Shown here: positions 38,621 to 48,971 of the stretch, piece by piece
How the letters are laid out: every line of letters starts with the position of its first letter
How positions within the stretch are numbered: the stretch's first letter is position 1
Assembly: GCA_963674735.2 (NCBI GenBank)
Contig: CAXXQS010000003.1
Coordinates: 1 to 64,000 of the forward strand
Length of the DNA: 64,000 nt
Direction of reading: 5' to 3'
From: Myxococcota bacterium
GTDB lineage: Bacteria; Myxococcota_A; SURF-8
Translations under genes and position numbers: made by a program
The notes under the pieces: generated by a model
Databases searched by the model: none
Told to the model about the DNA's origin: nothing
What the model saw: the letters and a program-made list of their open reading frames with translations, nothing else

Positions 38621-39172
38621 ATGCATTTCGACCAGATCGGAAAAGTGAATACGGATGCTTGTCTGAAGGCGGCCTATGAAAAAGCCCAGGAACTTGGTAT
38701 CGATGAACTGGTGTTGGCCACCACCACGGGCGAGACGGCGCGTCGTGCTCTTGAATTATGTCCAGGGATGAAAATCGTGGCGGTAAGTTATCATGCCGGA
38801 TTCAAAGAACCCTTCAAGCTGACTCTGACGGATGATGTACGGCGGGAACTTGAGGACCGAGGCGTTCGAGTTGTGTGTGCCACCCACGCCCTTTCGGGAG
38901 TGGAACGCGGGTTGGTGAAAAAACATCCGGGCGTGTATCCCGTGTTGTTGGTGGCGGACACACTCAAGCTTTTCGGTCAGGGAACGAAGGTCGCGGTAGA
39001 GGTGTCCATTATGGCGGCCGATGCCGGAGCGCTCAGCGGACGCCGGATCGTGGCCGTGGGTGGGTCGGGAAAAGGTTGCGACGCGGCACTGGTACTGACT
39101 CCGGCCAACATGAACGACTTCTTTTCACTCAAAATCCACGAGGTCATCTGCAAGCCGGGTTTGTATGCTTAA
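38621..39172 (+). CDS. stand-alone pyruvate kinase C-terminal-like alpha/beta domain protein (MTH1675/COG1751-like)
   Basis: G..NT...L..A...A.ELGI..LV.ATTTGETA, HALSGVER, FGQG.KV.VE...MAADAG, GG.G.G.D.A, EVICKP. Confidence 0.8.
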   Translation: MHFDQIGKVNTDACLKAAYEKAQELGIDELVLATTTGETARRALELCPGMKIVAVSYHAGFKEPFKLTLTDDVRRELEDRGVRVVCATHALSGVERGLVKKHPGVYPVLLVADTLKLFGQGTKVAVEVSIMAADAGALSGRRIVAVGGSGKGCDAALVLTPANMNDFFSLKIHEVICKPGLYA

Positions 39173-39212
39173 AAAATCGGGACCGCCCCTTTGGAGGACG
39201 GTCCCGGTTTTT
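39171..39212. terminator. bidirectional rho-independent terminator
   Basis: AAAAAAT-CGGGACCG...CGGTCCCG-GTTTTT between convergent genes. Confidence 0.75.
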
Positions 39213-39229
39213 CGTTCAGTAAATGGCGT

Positions 39230-40639
39230 TTATTCCACGATCTCCGGGTCGCAAGGAATTGCGTCCGGTTGATGCAGCAATTCCGTCAACGAGAAGCAGG
39301 TATAGGGTTCGGACGGGATCGGAACGTGTCCGGCGGCCACCCAGAAGAGAAGTTTCTCGGGGTCGAAAACCACCATGTGCATCGGTCCGTTGGTGGCCAG
39401 GCCTGCGTCGTTGTCGATTTCTTCCGGTCCGGCTTCAACTCCCGTGCGTGGATTGACTCGATCGCGCATGACCGTAATCAGACCGTTCAGATCCAATTGG
39501 CCATATAAACTGTCTTGACCATCCGGTTCGACCAGTTGCTCCAGGCGTTCGCTACGCATGATACTGGAGTCGGGATTGGCGTCGTCCTGGGGCAGATCGT
39601 AGTCGACCATGTCGGGATGCATGAAGTGATTGACGGCGTAAATCAAGCCGTTTTCGATCATCCGTACGGCCATGTACTTACCGGTCATTTCAAATACGCC
39701 CGCCTGCCCCGTTTCGCCGTCGGCCAACGCGATGATTTCGGACGACATGTGCGGCTCGCCTTCCAGGAACGTTTGGGCTTCATCGAATGATTCGGCGGTT
39801 TTGAGGATCTTCGCCATCATTTGCACATGGCTGCGTCCCGTGGCTGACTGCACGCTGTTGTCCAGCGGATCGATTTCGTTCGAACAGGCCGAAATACCCG
39901 CAACGTTCATACCCGTGTAAGGGCTCATATTCAGCGGGAAGCCGACGAATACATGGGGAATCCCATCATCGGGCTGGCGCACGAAGATCACCGGATTTTG
40001 GTGAATGATGTCGATATTGAACGATCCCCAGTCGAGATTGCGTGCGTGGTAGAGTCGGCCGTCGGGTGTGGCGTCGCCACTGGTGAATACCTGTGTGCAG
40101 CCGGGGCCTTTGACCGCCTCTTCATCCGGAATACCGGAGGAGAGGAATTCAAGCAAGACGTCGCCGAAATTCAGAATCAGGCAGAATTCCATGGTGAAAC
40201 CGGTATCTCCGGCTGTATCGACAATACCTTCGCACTCATCGAGCAGGTCCTGGTAGGAATTTTCTTCGGCTACCGTAATCAGTCCCATACCCTCCGCCAA
40301 CACGGGAATGTTGGATAAAATGGGGTCGTTGTCGACAAATTCCATGGCATCGGCGATGACGTCGTGAAACAATTCACCGTGCTGTTGTCCCATTTCATAA
40401 GGTGTTCCGCGCAGATAGGCAATCGTGTAAAGACCTTGAGTTTCAAGATGCGGGGCAAGCAGGTCTTCCGCATCATCGTCGCTATCGCCATCACTGTCGT
40501 CGTCACTCTCACTATCGATGTCGCCGTCCGTATCCGCTTCATTTTCATCGCTGCCGCAACCGGCGATGGTCAGAGCCAACACCAGGACCAGCAGGATTCC
40601 CAGCATCCAGTTTACCGATTGCTTCATGTCGTACTGCAT
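39230..40639 (-). CDS. C45-family Ntn-hydrolase (acyltransferase/peptidase) lipoprotein
   Basis: Lipobox IAGC, acidic linker, GTPYEMG.QHG, autocleavage site G|CT, HARNLDW, GMN..G, NHF. Confidence 0.85.
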   Translation of the reverse strand: MQYDMKQSVNWMLGILLVLVLALTIAGCGSDENEADTDGDIDSESDDDSDGDSDDDAEDLLAPHLETQGLYTIAYLRGTPYEMGQQHGELFHDVIADAMEFVDNDPILSNIPVLAEGMGLITVAEENSYQDLLDECEGIVDTAGDTGFTMEFCLILNFGDVLLEFLSSGIPDEEAVKGPGCTQVFTSGDATPDGRLYHARNLDWGSFNIDIIHQNPVIFVRQPDDGIPHVFVGFPLNMSPYTGMNVAGISACSNEIDPLDNSVQSATGRSHVQMMAKILKTAESFDEAQTFLEGEPHMSSEIIALADGETGQAGVFEMTGKYMAVRMIENGLIYAVNHFMHPDMVDYDLPQDDANPDSSIMRSERLEQLVEPDGQDSLYGQLDLNGLITVMRDRVNPRTGVEAGPEEIDNDAGLATNGPMHMVVFDPEKLLFWVAAGHVPIPSEPYTCFSLTELLHQPDAIPCDPEIVE

Positions 40640-40744
40640 GACGTGTACCTGTCCTTTCCAAATTCAGTAGCGATTCATCATTGATCAGCCGCGCTATTAT
40701 GGGACCGTAGCTTGTATTCGTCAAGGCGCCCGAACTTCCAGTCA

Positions 40745-43708
40745 CTATTTGCCCATCAGCCCCATGCAGGAGTTGAAGACTCCCATGCAGTCGACATAGC
40801 GACCTTCGACCTGATCTTCGATACAGGTTTCCAGGTCCGCCATGTTTTCATCGGAACTATCCGATAACATCAGCCCGCAGATGCTGTCACAGGCAATCGC
40901 CAGACCATCGGGGAGGCAGACTTTGTGACCGGGATGCACAGCGCCGTAACGGTAGCTGGGGGTCAGGCAGCGCAGGTCGTAGATTCCCATCGTTCCGCAT
41001 TCATCATGGCTGGTGCATTCCGTCATGCAACGATGAGCCAGACAGTGGCGAGGGGTTCCATCTTCAAGATCGGCGCAGTCGCTGTCTTCGTGACAATATT
41101 GGCCATCGTTAGGGCATACTCCCGGACCATCCACCACGCCGTCGCAATCATCATCCACGCCGTTACAGGTCTCTTGCGCGTCACACAGGTCGCAGGCGGC
41201 TCGGGTGGGAACGCAGTAGTGATTGACGCAGGTAAAGTTTTCCTCACAGCTTTCCACCGGCTCTGTTTCTATTTCGCTTTCGTTTTCTTCTTCGCCCGAA
41301 ATCTCCTCATCGCCATCCACCCGTGTTTCCGCGTCTTCCTGATCGCCATCGGTGGGGAGTTCGGTTTCTCCCTCATCATCGATGTCGCCATCCGGTTCCA
41401 CCGAGCTTTGTTCACAAGGCGTCAGGCATACGTGACGCCCCAATGCCGGGACCGCCTGGCAAATACCCGACGCACATTGGCTGTTGTCGGCGCATTCGTC
41501 ACAGGCTCCGCGTTCGCAGGCTCCGCCCCGTTCCGTGCCACAGGAATCGGTGGCTCCCAGACAAGCGGCGCGCGTGCCACATTCCACCGGGTTTTGGGCC
41601 ATTCGCACGGCTACGTAAGCGTCTACCATGCCGTATCCGTAATAGGGACTGTGACCTTGCTCGTCGTACTGACCGTTCAACCGATCGATTTTACGGGCCG
41701 ATTGGGCCAGAATGTCGCGTACTTGTGTGGCGGTTAGGTCCGGATTGGCCGATAGAATCAGACCGATTACACCAGTAACGAACGGTGCCGATGCACTGGT
41801 GCCGTTGAAGTGGTTGCTATAAGCGGCTTCACCACTTTCGCTCCCGAGAGCAGTTGTGACGATGCCAAGTTCGCTGATTCCACCCCATGTTGGAGCGGCA
41901 ACGAGAATCTGCTCGCCGAAGGTAGAGTAGTACACTTTGAGACCCTTCTCATCCACTCCGGCGACTGCGATGTTGGTAGGATAACTGGCAAATTCATCCT
42001 GGGAGACGTCCTGGTTGCTGTTTCCGGCCGCAAAGACGATCAGCATGCCTTTGCCGCCACGCCCGTTTGTTTCGGCATAGTCGAAGGAGTCGGTAACCAC
42101 ACTCCCCAAGGAGGGAAGGTTAGGGGTGTCGCCCCAGCGCTCCGGCTCGCCTCCATCAGGGCCCCAACTGTTGTTGACTACTGCGGTTCCGGCGTCGGCG
42201 TGATTGACGAATCGCTCCGCCACCATGCTGTCGGGTAACCCGATCGGGCTTGATTGGCTGTAACCCTGAGTGTCGTCGAGGGCCCAGGAACAGCGGATAT
42301 GGCAACCCGGACACACGCCCGCAACGCCGGTGGTGTTGTCGCCGACGGCGGCAGCCACACCGGCAACCATCGTGCCATGACTACCGAAGCCCGAACCGAG
42401 CAGATTCTGCCAGTTTGCCGGGAAATTGACGGTGGTTTCCATGTTGGCGGCCAGGTCGGGATGATTGATATCGCAGCCGTCATCGTTGATGCCCACCACG
42501 ATGTTGCTCGATCCTTTGGTGATGTCCCAAGCTTCCCACACGCGAGATCCGTTGAACGGCGTCGTACCGCCTTGTCCTTCCGCTTTCAAGTGCCATTGTT
42601 GAGGGAAAAGCGGATCATCCGCCACCGCGCGGTGGGAGTAGAAGCGTATCCAGTCGATTTCGGCTTTGGCAGTTCCCGAGTTATTCAACTGCTTGGCCAG
42701 ACGTAGAGCTGTGAGCGGAGATGCCGCAGTCGCCAGCATTCGACCCTGGGTCCAGTGCAGCGGTTTGATTGAACCCAATCCAAGATCGGTCAGGTGTTGG
42801 GTGGCTGTCGTCGTGTTTTTCTGCCTCGGGGTGACAATCAACCGGTCGCTGGTCGCCCAGATCCGTCCGGCTTCGTCCTTGAATGTCGGTAGAGGCTCCA
42901 GCTCTCGATAAAGTTGTTGCACCAACGCCTGATCGATGGCTCCCTGGGCCTGTAAACGGATAAAGCGTCCACTGCCTTCCACCGTTAGTGGAGCCTGATA
43001 ACGAGTCGCCAGATTCGCAAAATCGAGAGACTGACGGCGTTCGACCACCCAAGTGTCCTCTGCGAGTGTCAGGCCTGCCGGAGCCAGTTCGGTCAACTCG
43101 TCGGCAACCGGCCCCTGACGTAGCATGCCTTCGGCGCATATGCAGATGACTTCGCAGGTGAAATCGAGGCGCGGATCGTAAAGCCAGTCTGCGCAGTAGC
43201 GAATGGCGTCGCAGTCATCCTCGACAGAAGTACAGCGGCGGAAATTGTCGTCACTTTGCGAGGGACCACTGTAGGGGAGTTGATCGGCCGATTCGCAACG
43301 CATGATGCAGTCATCCACATCCGTGATGGCTTGCCAGGGAAGATTAAACCATCCACAGTCGGCCAGTTTGTTGCACCCTTCCTCACAAGTCACCTCCGCA
43401 TCCGGCAGATCGTCAGCGGACCCGCGACGCGGCGGGGAGATTTCCTCTTCCAGATCTTCATCCACATCGCCATCGGTGTCTCCATCCGGATCATCCCCGT
43501 CTGGATCGTCACCGTCGGGATCGTCGCCATCGGGATCGTCGCCATCCGGATCGTCCCCGTCCGGGTCGTCGCCATCAGGATCGTCGCCGTCGGATGTATC
43601 GCCATCCGGTGATGTATCGCCATCAATGGTCTGATTGAAATCGCTTCCGGTACAGGAAGTCAACATCAGAATGAGGAGTGCAAAAACGGGCAAATGTCGA
43701 ATTTTCAT
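40745..43708 (-). CDS. S8 subtilase lipoprotein with DGDDP repeats and Cys-rich domains
   Basis: Lipobox LTSC; DPLFPQQWHL; triad NDDG / SHGTMVAG / GTSASAP; NNSWG; FAAGN; YGYG.VDA. Confidence 0.9.
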   Translation of the reverse strand: MKIRHLPVFALLILMLTSCTGSDFNQTIDGDTSPDGDTSDGDDPDGDDPDGDDPDGDDPDGDDPDGDDPDGDDPDGDTDGDVDEDLEEEISPPRRGSADDLPDAEVTCEEGCNKLADCGWFNLPWQAITDVDDCIMRCESADQLPYSGPSQSDDNFRRCTSVEDDCDAIRYCADWLYDPRLDFTCEVICICAEGMLRQGPVADELTELAPAGLTLAEDTWVVERRQSLDFANLATRYQAPLTVEGSGRFIRLQAQGAIDQALVQQLYRELEPLPTFKDEAGRIWATSDRLIVTPRQKNTTTATQHLTDLGLGSIKPLHWTQGRMLATAASPLTALRLAKQLNNSGTAKAEIDWIRFYSHRAVADDPLFPQQWHLKAEGQGGTTPFNGSRVWEAWDITKGSSNIVVGINDDGCDINHPDLAANMETTVNFPANWQNLLGSGFGSHGTMVAGVAAAVGDNTTGVAGVCPGCHIRCSWALDDTQGYSQSSPIGLPDSMVAERFVNHADAGTAVVNNSWGPDGGEPERWGDTPNLPSLGSVVTDSFDYAETNGRGGKGMLIVFAAGNSNQDVSQDEFASYPTNIAVAGVDEKGLKVYYSTFGEQILVAAPTWGGISELGIVTTALGSESGEAAYSNHFNGTSASAPFVTGVIGLILSANPDLTATQVRDILAQSARKIDRLNGQYDEQGHSPYYGYGMVDAYVAVRMAQNPVECGTRAACLGATDSCGTERGGACERGACDECADNSQCASGICQAVPALGRHVCLTPCEQSSVEPDGDIDDEGETELPTDGDQEDAETRVDGDEEISGEEENESEIETEPVESCEENFTCVNHYCVPTRAACDLCDAQETCNGVDDDCDGVVDGPGVCPNDGQYCHEDSDCADLEDGTPRHCLAHRCMTECTSHDECGTMGIYDLRCLTPSYRYGAVHPGHKVCLPDGLAIACDSICGLMLSDSSDENMADLETCIEDQVEGRYVDCMGVFNSCMGLMGK
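43466..43624 (-). repeat. 15-bp tandem repeat (7 x DGDDP plus DGDT variants)
   Basis: Seven contiguous 15-nt units at 43487-43591 differing at synonymous positions. Confidence 0.9.
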
Positions 43709-43890
43709 GAATGAATCCTCTTTGCGATGTGGAATGAGAACAAATTAGGACGCGACGTTTATACCATAATCCATATGTACTCCGTAGCCTTTTCTAACAT
43801 TCGTTTAAACACGTCGTCCATGGCAATTGACAGTCAAACCTGTGCGGGGTAGGCTGCGTTATTGAACATGAATAGCGGGTGAGGTGTGCA

Positions 43891-44391
43891 ATGGGACTGT
43901 GGGAGCGGTTGAAAGAGAAGGAGATTGGCTTTTCGATCACGGAAACCATGCGCGGCACGCATGAATTCGAAACGGGTTGTGGACCGAGCGGTTCCTTGCC
44001 TTTTGAGTTTACGGTTGAATGGGGTACGGAAGACCTCACCGACTGGCTCTCGCCGAAAAGCGGACGGTTTATGGTCAACAATCTGGCCGGAACGGTTCGG
44101 GTCGATGGCCTCTGTGACGAAGCTTCTTGTTCCGGGACTTTAGAGTTGCGTTATTTTGGCGAGCACAAAATTCGTTATCAGTTCGACTTCAACTCCGATG
44201 GTCGGGACTACCGTTTCGTCGGCGAAAAAGTCAATATTCGCCCCTGGAATCTGGCTACATCGCATACCACCTGTTTTGGAGTCATTACGGAGCTTGACGG
44301 CGGGCGACTGATTTCACGATCCGTGAGCCATTTCGAGTTTTCAAGCACGCCGGCTTTTTTAAGCAGTTTGCGGCTTTCAATGGCAAAATAG
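43891..44391 (+). CDS. hypothetical beta-rich protein resembling the accessory domain found in some cholesterol-oxidase/GMC proteins
   Basis: GAGGT SD; F...ETM.G, G.V...GL, GTL, .Y.F.F...G..Y.F.G.K, HTT pattern. Confidence 0.55.
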   Translation: MGLWERLKEKEIGFSITETMRGTHEFETGCGPSGSLPFEFTVEWGTEDLTDWLSPKSGRFMVNNLAGTVRVDGLCDEASCSGTLELRYFGEHKIRYQFDFNSDGRDYRFVGEKVNIRPWNLATSHTTCFGVITELDGGRLISRSVSHFEFSSTPAFLSSLRLSMAK

Positions 44392-44544
44392 ACTCTTCTT
44401 TCACCGAATTCCGACTATCCTGGCGGATATCATGTTTTAGTTGATTTTCCCATAAAACGGCGGTAAGACCGTTGCATCGATATAACCGATACGCGTTTTT
44501 ATAACACGCATCGCGCATTGCATTCAGACGCAAAGGAGGAAGTC

Positions 44545-45393
44545 ATGACGGAAATCAAGAAGGTTGGAATTTTAGGCGCGGGTATGATGGGTGCGGAAAT
44601 TGCGCTGTGCTGCGCGCGAGTCGGATTGCCGGTGGTGCTGAAAGAAATCAGCCAGGAACTCGCCGACAAAGGCAAAGGCCGCATCGAGAAAATCCTGACC
44701 AAACAGGTCGATAAAGGGAAGCTGGAAGCAGCCGATAAAGACAAACTGCTCGCTCTCATCACTCCCACCGCCACGCTCGACGGTTTTGCGGATGTCGATA
44801 TCGTTGTCGAGGCGATCTTGGAAGTGCTCGACATTAAACATAGCGCTTACAAAGAGCTGGATGCCGTGTGCAAGCCTTCTTGCATCTTCGCCTCCAACAC
44901 CTCTTCCATTTCCATTACCAAGCTGGCCGCAGCAGCCCGTTCCGATCGTTTTGTCGGTCTGCATTTCTTCAGCCCCGCTTCGATCATGAAGCTGGTTGAA
45001 GTGATTCCGGGCCTCTTGAGCAGCCCCGAGACGATTGAAGCCGGTAAGGCTTTCTGCGAGCAGATCGGGAAAGTTCCGGTGAAGGTCGGTAATGTCGAGG
45101 GATTCGTGGTCAACCGTATTTTGTGTGCTCTGATGAACGAAGCCTATCGCTTGGTCGATGAAGGCGTTGCCAGCATGGAAGACATCGATACCGCTTGCAA
45201 ACTGGGCTTGGGTCATCCGGTCGGCCCCTTCCGGCTCTCCGATAACATCAGCTTGGACTTGCTCAATAACGTGCACAATATTCTGACGGATGCCTACGGA
45301 GATCGTTTCAAAGTCCCCAACGCCTTCCGTGAACGCCTTGACGCCGGTCGGGTGGGACGTAAAGTCGGCAAAGGTTGGTACGACTACGACTAA
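44545..45393 (+). CDS. hbd: 3-hydroxybutyryl-CoA / 3-hydroxyacyl-CoA dehydrogenase
   Basis: GAGMMG, EAI.E, ASNTSSI, GLHFFSP...MKLVEV, GFVVNR, LG.GHP.GP, G.K.GKGWY. Confidence 0.9.
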   Translation: MTEIKKVGILGAGMMGAEIALCCARVGLPVVLKEISQELADKGKGRIEKILTKQVDKGKLEAADKDKLLALITPTATLDGFADVDIVVEAILEVLDIKHSAYKELDAVCKPSCIFASNTSSISITKLAAAARSDRFVGLHFFSPASIMKLVEVIPGLLSSPETIEAGKAFCEQIGKVPVKVGNVEGFVVNRILCALMNEAYRLVDEGVASMEDIDTACKLGLGHPVGPFRLSDNISLDLLNNVHNILTDAYGDRFKVPNAFRERLDAGRVGRKVGKGWYDYD

Positions 45394-45413
45394 ATTATAA
45401 AGCTCGTTGTCCT

Positions 45414-45440
45414 ACGGGGCGTTTCGGCGCCCCGTTTTTT
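45414..45440 (+). terminator. rho-independent terminator of hbd
   Basis: ACGGGGCG/CGCCCCGT stem followed by a T tract. Confidence 0.85.
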
Positions 45441-45484
45441 ATTGGCACAGATGACCGAATGGTCTTTCTCGTGGAAGTCTGAAT

Positions 45485-45509
45485 AAAAAAGCCGGGCTGA
45501 ACCCGGCTT
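45485..45509 (-). terminator. rho-independent terminator of htpG
   Basis: AAGCCGGG/CCCGGCTT stem with an A tract on the + strand. Confidence 0.8.
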
Positions 45510-45531
45510 GTCAGTGATGGTTGTTTTTGCG

Positions 45532-47415
45532 CTAACCCAGATCGCGTGCCATGAGGGTGTTGAGTCGCTGGGCGAAGGCTTGCGGATCTTTGATCTTCGA
45601 TCCCTCAGCCAATACGGCCTGATCGTAGAGCAGGTAACCCAGATCTTTCAAGCGTGCATCGTCCTTGTCCTTGGCGAAGGTGTCGAGCAGCCCTTTGACT
45701 ACCGTGTGTTCGGGGTTGAGTTCGAGGATGCGCGGCGATTCACCGAGGTCGTCTCCGTGACCGAGGCGTTTCATCAGATTTTCCATGTAAGCGCCCATCT
45801 GACCGTCTTCCGTCACGAGGCAGGACGCGCTGTCTTTAAGGCGTGACGAAAGTCGCACGTCCTTGATTTCCTCGATGTTGTCTTTGAGATAACTCATCAG
45901 GTCTTTGTAGCTTTCTTCGTGTTGCTTTTTGGTCTCTTCATCCACGTCATCTTCCAGGTCACCCTTATCGACGGCTTTAAGCGGCTTTTCCTGGTAATTC
46001 GGGAGTGATTGTGCGACCCATTCATCCACCGGGTCGGTCATCAGCAGGACGTCGTAGCCTTTGGCTCGTACGGATTCCAGATAAGGCGAGCGCGCCAGCA
46101 TCGAGCGCTTTTCACCCACGATGTAATAGATTTCTTTCTGGTCGTCGGGCATTTTCTCGACGTAGTCTTTCAGGCTGATCCGCAGGCCCGGTTCACCGGC
46201 GGCCGTTTCGTACATCAGCAGGTCGGCCAATTTTTCGCGGTTGGCATAGTCGTGCGATAATCCTTCCTTCAGAACCGCGCCGAAGGCATCGTAGAAGGTT
46301 TTATAATCTTCGGGTTTATCCTTCTGCAAGCTCGCCAATTTACCCAGAATTTTGCTGACCAGGTTGGTCTTGATCTTGCCGACCTGCGCGTTTTGCTGCA
46401 GGATTTCACGCGAAACATTCAACGGCAGATCGGAGGCATCCACCACGCCTTGGACAAAACGCAAGTAAGGGGGCAGCAGGTCTTGGCAGTCGTCCATGAT
46501 GAACACGCGTTTGATGTAAAGATTGAGCCCGCTTTTACGCTCCGGGTATAACCAGTCCATTGGTTGGTGCGAGGGGATATAGAGCAACGACTTGAACTCG
46601 AAGGCTCCTTCCGCGTAGTAGTGGATCCATGTCAGCGGGTCTTGGAAGTCACGCGAGATGTGCTTGTAAAAGCTCTTGTAGTCCTCATCCTTCACTTGCG
46701 ATTTCGGTTTTTGCCAGACGGCCTGACGCGAATTGAGGGTCTCGTCTTTGGTGACCGGCTTGTCATCCTTGTCCTTTTCCTCGACTTCCATCTTGATCGG
46801 ATGTTCGATGAAATCGCTGAAACTGCGCACCAACTGACGCAACTTCCACTCGTTGAGGTAGTCTTTGAAATCGTCTTTCAGCGTGACGATGATGTCGGTT
46901 CCGCGTGTGGCTTTTTCGGCGGTTTCGACGGAATAAGACCCTTTACCGTCGGATTCCCAGCGTACGCCGTCTTCAGGCTTGCCCGCCATGCGAGACAAAA
47001 CGGTTACCTTCTCGGCCACCATGAACGACGCATAGAAACCGAGGCCGAATTGCCCGATCAGTTCGGGCCGATCTTCGGCTTTGGCTTCCTGCAATTTCTG
47101 GATGAACTCGCGGGTGCCCGAGCGGGCGATCGTGCCCAGATCTTCCACGATCCGCGCTTCATCCATACCGATGCCATTGTCGCGAATCGTTAATGTTTTC
47201 GAGTCGTTGTCGGGAATGAGACGAATCGTCCAATCGCTATCATCTTCCAGTATGCTTGAATCGGTGATGGAGTGGAAACGGGCTTTATCGATCGCGTCGG
47301 AGGCGTTTGAGATCAGCTCGCGCAGGAAGATGTCGGGGTTGGAATAGAGCGAGTGGATGATGATATCCATCAGCTGGGTCATTTCGGTTTTGAAAGAGTG
47401 GGTTTTCGCCGTCAT
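45532..47415 (-). CDS. htpG: molecular chaperone HtpG (Hsp90)
   Basis: SLYSN.DIFLRELISNASDA, DNGIGM, GTIARSGT, IGQFGLGFY, LPLNVSRE.LQ, LELNP.H. Confidence 0.98.
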   Translation of the reverse strand: MTAKTHSFKTEMTQLMDIIIHSLYSNPDIFLRELISNASDAIDKARFHSITDSSILEDDSDWTIRLIPDNDSKTLTIRDNGIGMDEARIVEDLGTIARSGTREFIQKLQEAKAEDRPELIGQFGLGFYASFMVAEKVTVLSRMAGKPEDGVRWESDGKGSYSVETAEKATRGTDIIVTLKDDFKDYLNEWKLRQLVRSFSDFIEHPIKMEVEEKDKDDKPVTKDETLNSRQAVWQKPKSQVKDEDYKSFYKHISRDFQDPLTWIHYYAEGAFEFKSLLYIPSHQPMDWLYPERKSGLNLYIKRVFIMDDCQDLLPPYLRFVQGVVDASDLPLNVSREILQQNAQVGKIKTNLVSKILGKLASLQKDKPEDYKTFYDAFGAVLKEGLSHDYANREKLADLLMYETAAGEPGLRISLKDYVEKMPDDQKEIYYIVGEKRSMLARSPYLESVRAKGYDVLLMTDPVDEWVAQSLPNYQEKPLKAVDKGDLEDDVDEETKKQHEESYKDLMSYLKDNIEEIKDVRLSSRLKDSASCLVTEDGQMGAYMENLMKRLGHGDDLGESPRILELNPEHTVVKGLLDTFAKDKDDARLKDLGYLLYDQAVLAEGSKIKDPQAFAQRLNTLMARDLG

Positions 47416-47750
47416 GGCCGGAATCTCCTTTAGCTGTGCTTTCTAAAAATATCGAATCAAATGCATTGTATCTATGCGCAGAAAACATAAGACCGAAGGC
47501 GGGAATGTCAAGGCGCGACAGGCAGGAAATTACGACCGGAAACGCCAGCTTGCCGTAGTCGGTTTCGTGGAGACAAGCGGAGCGGTTCCACAGTAGATTC
47601 GGTGGTATTCCAGTCGAAAAGACGTTCCGGCTTAAGGGCTTGGCAATTTCATCGTTTACGTATACTGCGCGACAGCAGAAAAAACGCGGTCACAACCGAG
47701 GGTCGCGCCGCGTCTTTCGAAAGGCGTTTCGTTTTGTCACACATTCAGCG

Positions 47751-48923
47751 CTAAAAAGCCTGTTTCAAGACAGCCAATGCTTCCTGATAGTCCATTTCTT
47801 CGGGATTATAAGTCAGCGAACCGTCATTGATACTCAGTTTGGCAATGCTTTCAAGCTGTTCGGCCTTTACTCCTGCGTCAGACAGCTTGAGCGGCAGGCC
47901 ACACAGGGCATTGAGCGTCGCCGTCAGTGAACGCACGGCTTCTACACCTTTGCGGGCCATTTCGGTTTTATCGAGTTGTGGCGTAACGCCCAGCATGCCG
48001 GCGATTTCAGCCAGAGAATCCGGCACCTTAGCGACGTTGTATTCCATGCCGTAAGGCAGAAGGATCGCATTGGCTACACCGTGCGGTACATGCGCCGTCG
48101 CGCCCGCCGAGTGGGCCAGGGCGTGTACCATGCCGACCATCGAATTGGAAAAGGCGATACCGGCCAGGAGCGCCGCATTGGCCATGCCCACCCGCGCATC
48201 TTCATGGTCGCCATGCTCGACGGCTTCGGCGAGATACTGGTGGATAAGCTTGATGGCAGCGGCGGCGAAAGCGTCGGAGACGGGGTTTTTTTGCAAGCCG
48301 TAATAGGCTTCGCAGGCATGGGTCAAGGCATCCATGCCGGTTGCGGCCGTGATACGCGGCGGCATGGTGATCATCATGGCCGGATCGACGATGGCCACAT
48401 GAGGATAGAGGCGCGTGGAAACCATCGCCATTTTTGCGCCTAGGTCTACGTTTTTGATAACCGCAGCGGCGGTGACTTCCGAACCGGTTCCGGCGGTGGT
48501 CGGAATGGCGATAAACGGTTGCATGGTGGCCGTAATTCGATCGACGCCCTGGAACTTCAGCAGGTCGTCGGTTTGTTCGGACAGCACGATGTTGACGCCT
48601 TTGGCGGTGTCGAGCACGCTGCCGCCACCCACGGCGACCAAGGCATCGCAGCCTTTGTCGCGGTAGAGCTTGGCAACCTGGTTGACCACGTGGTTCGATG
48701 AATCCACCGGGGTGTCTTCGAACAGGTAGCCGATACTCATCTCGGCATCGGCGAAGGCGGCTTCCACCGGTCCCATCAGTTTGGCGGCAACGACTCCTTT
48801 GTCGGTGATAACCAGCGGCTTGGATGCACCGAGTTGCGACAATTCGTGGGGCAGGTTGGCGACGGCTTTGCGTCCGCTCAGAATTTTAACCGGGCAACTG
48901 AATTCGTAATATTTCGGTAGCAT
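47751..48923 (-). CDS. iron-containing alcohol dehydrogenase
   Basis: GGGS..D.AK, PTTAGTGSE.T, DALTH..EAY, HALAH, HVPHG metal ligands intact. Confidence 0.92.
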   Translation of the reverse strand: MLPKYYEFSCPVKILSGRKAVANLPHELSQLGASKPLVITDKGVVAAKLMGPVEAAFADAEMSIGYLFEDTPVDSSNHVVNQVAKLYRDKGCDALVAVGGGSVLDTAKGVNIVLSEQTDDLLKFQGVDRITATMQPFIAIPTTAGTGSEVTAAAVIKNVDLGAKMAMVSTRLYPHVAIVDPAMMITMPPRITAATGMDALTHACEAYYGLQKNPVSDAFAAAAIKLIHQYLAEAVEHGDHEDARVGMANAALLAGIAFSNSMVGMVHALAHSAGATAHVPHGVANAILLPYGMEYNVAKVPDSLAEIAGMLGVTPQLDKTEMARKGVEAVRSLTATLNALCGLPLKLSDAGVKAEQLESIAKLSINDGSLTYNPEEMDYQEALAVLKQAF

Positions 48924-48971
48924 GGCGTTCTCCTTTCGGCAATGCCGTGCGGGCTTTGTGTGGGTGAGGAT

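Noticed and set aside
43466-43624. Short regular repeats (also 15268-15663 and 51637-51744) considered as CRISPR arrays
   Set aside because: Contiguous in-frame coding repeats with synonymous variation, no unique spacers and no cas genes
47416-47520. Heat-shock operator (CIRCE) upstream of htpG
   Set aside because: No TTAGCACTC-N9-GAGTGCTAA; only a plausible TTGACA-16-TATGTT promoter
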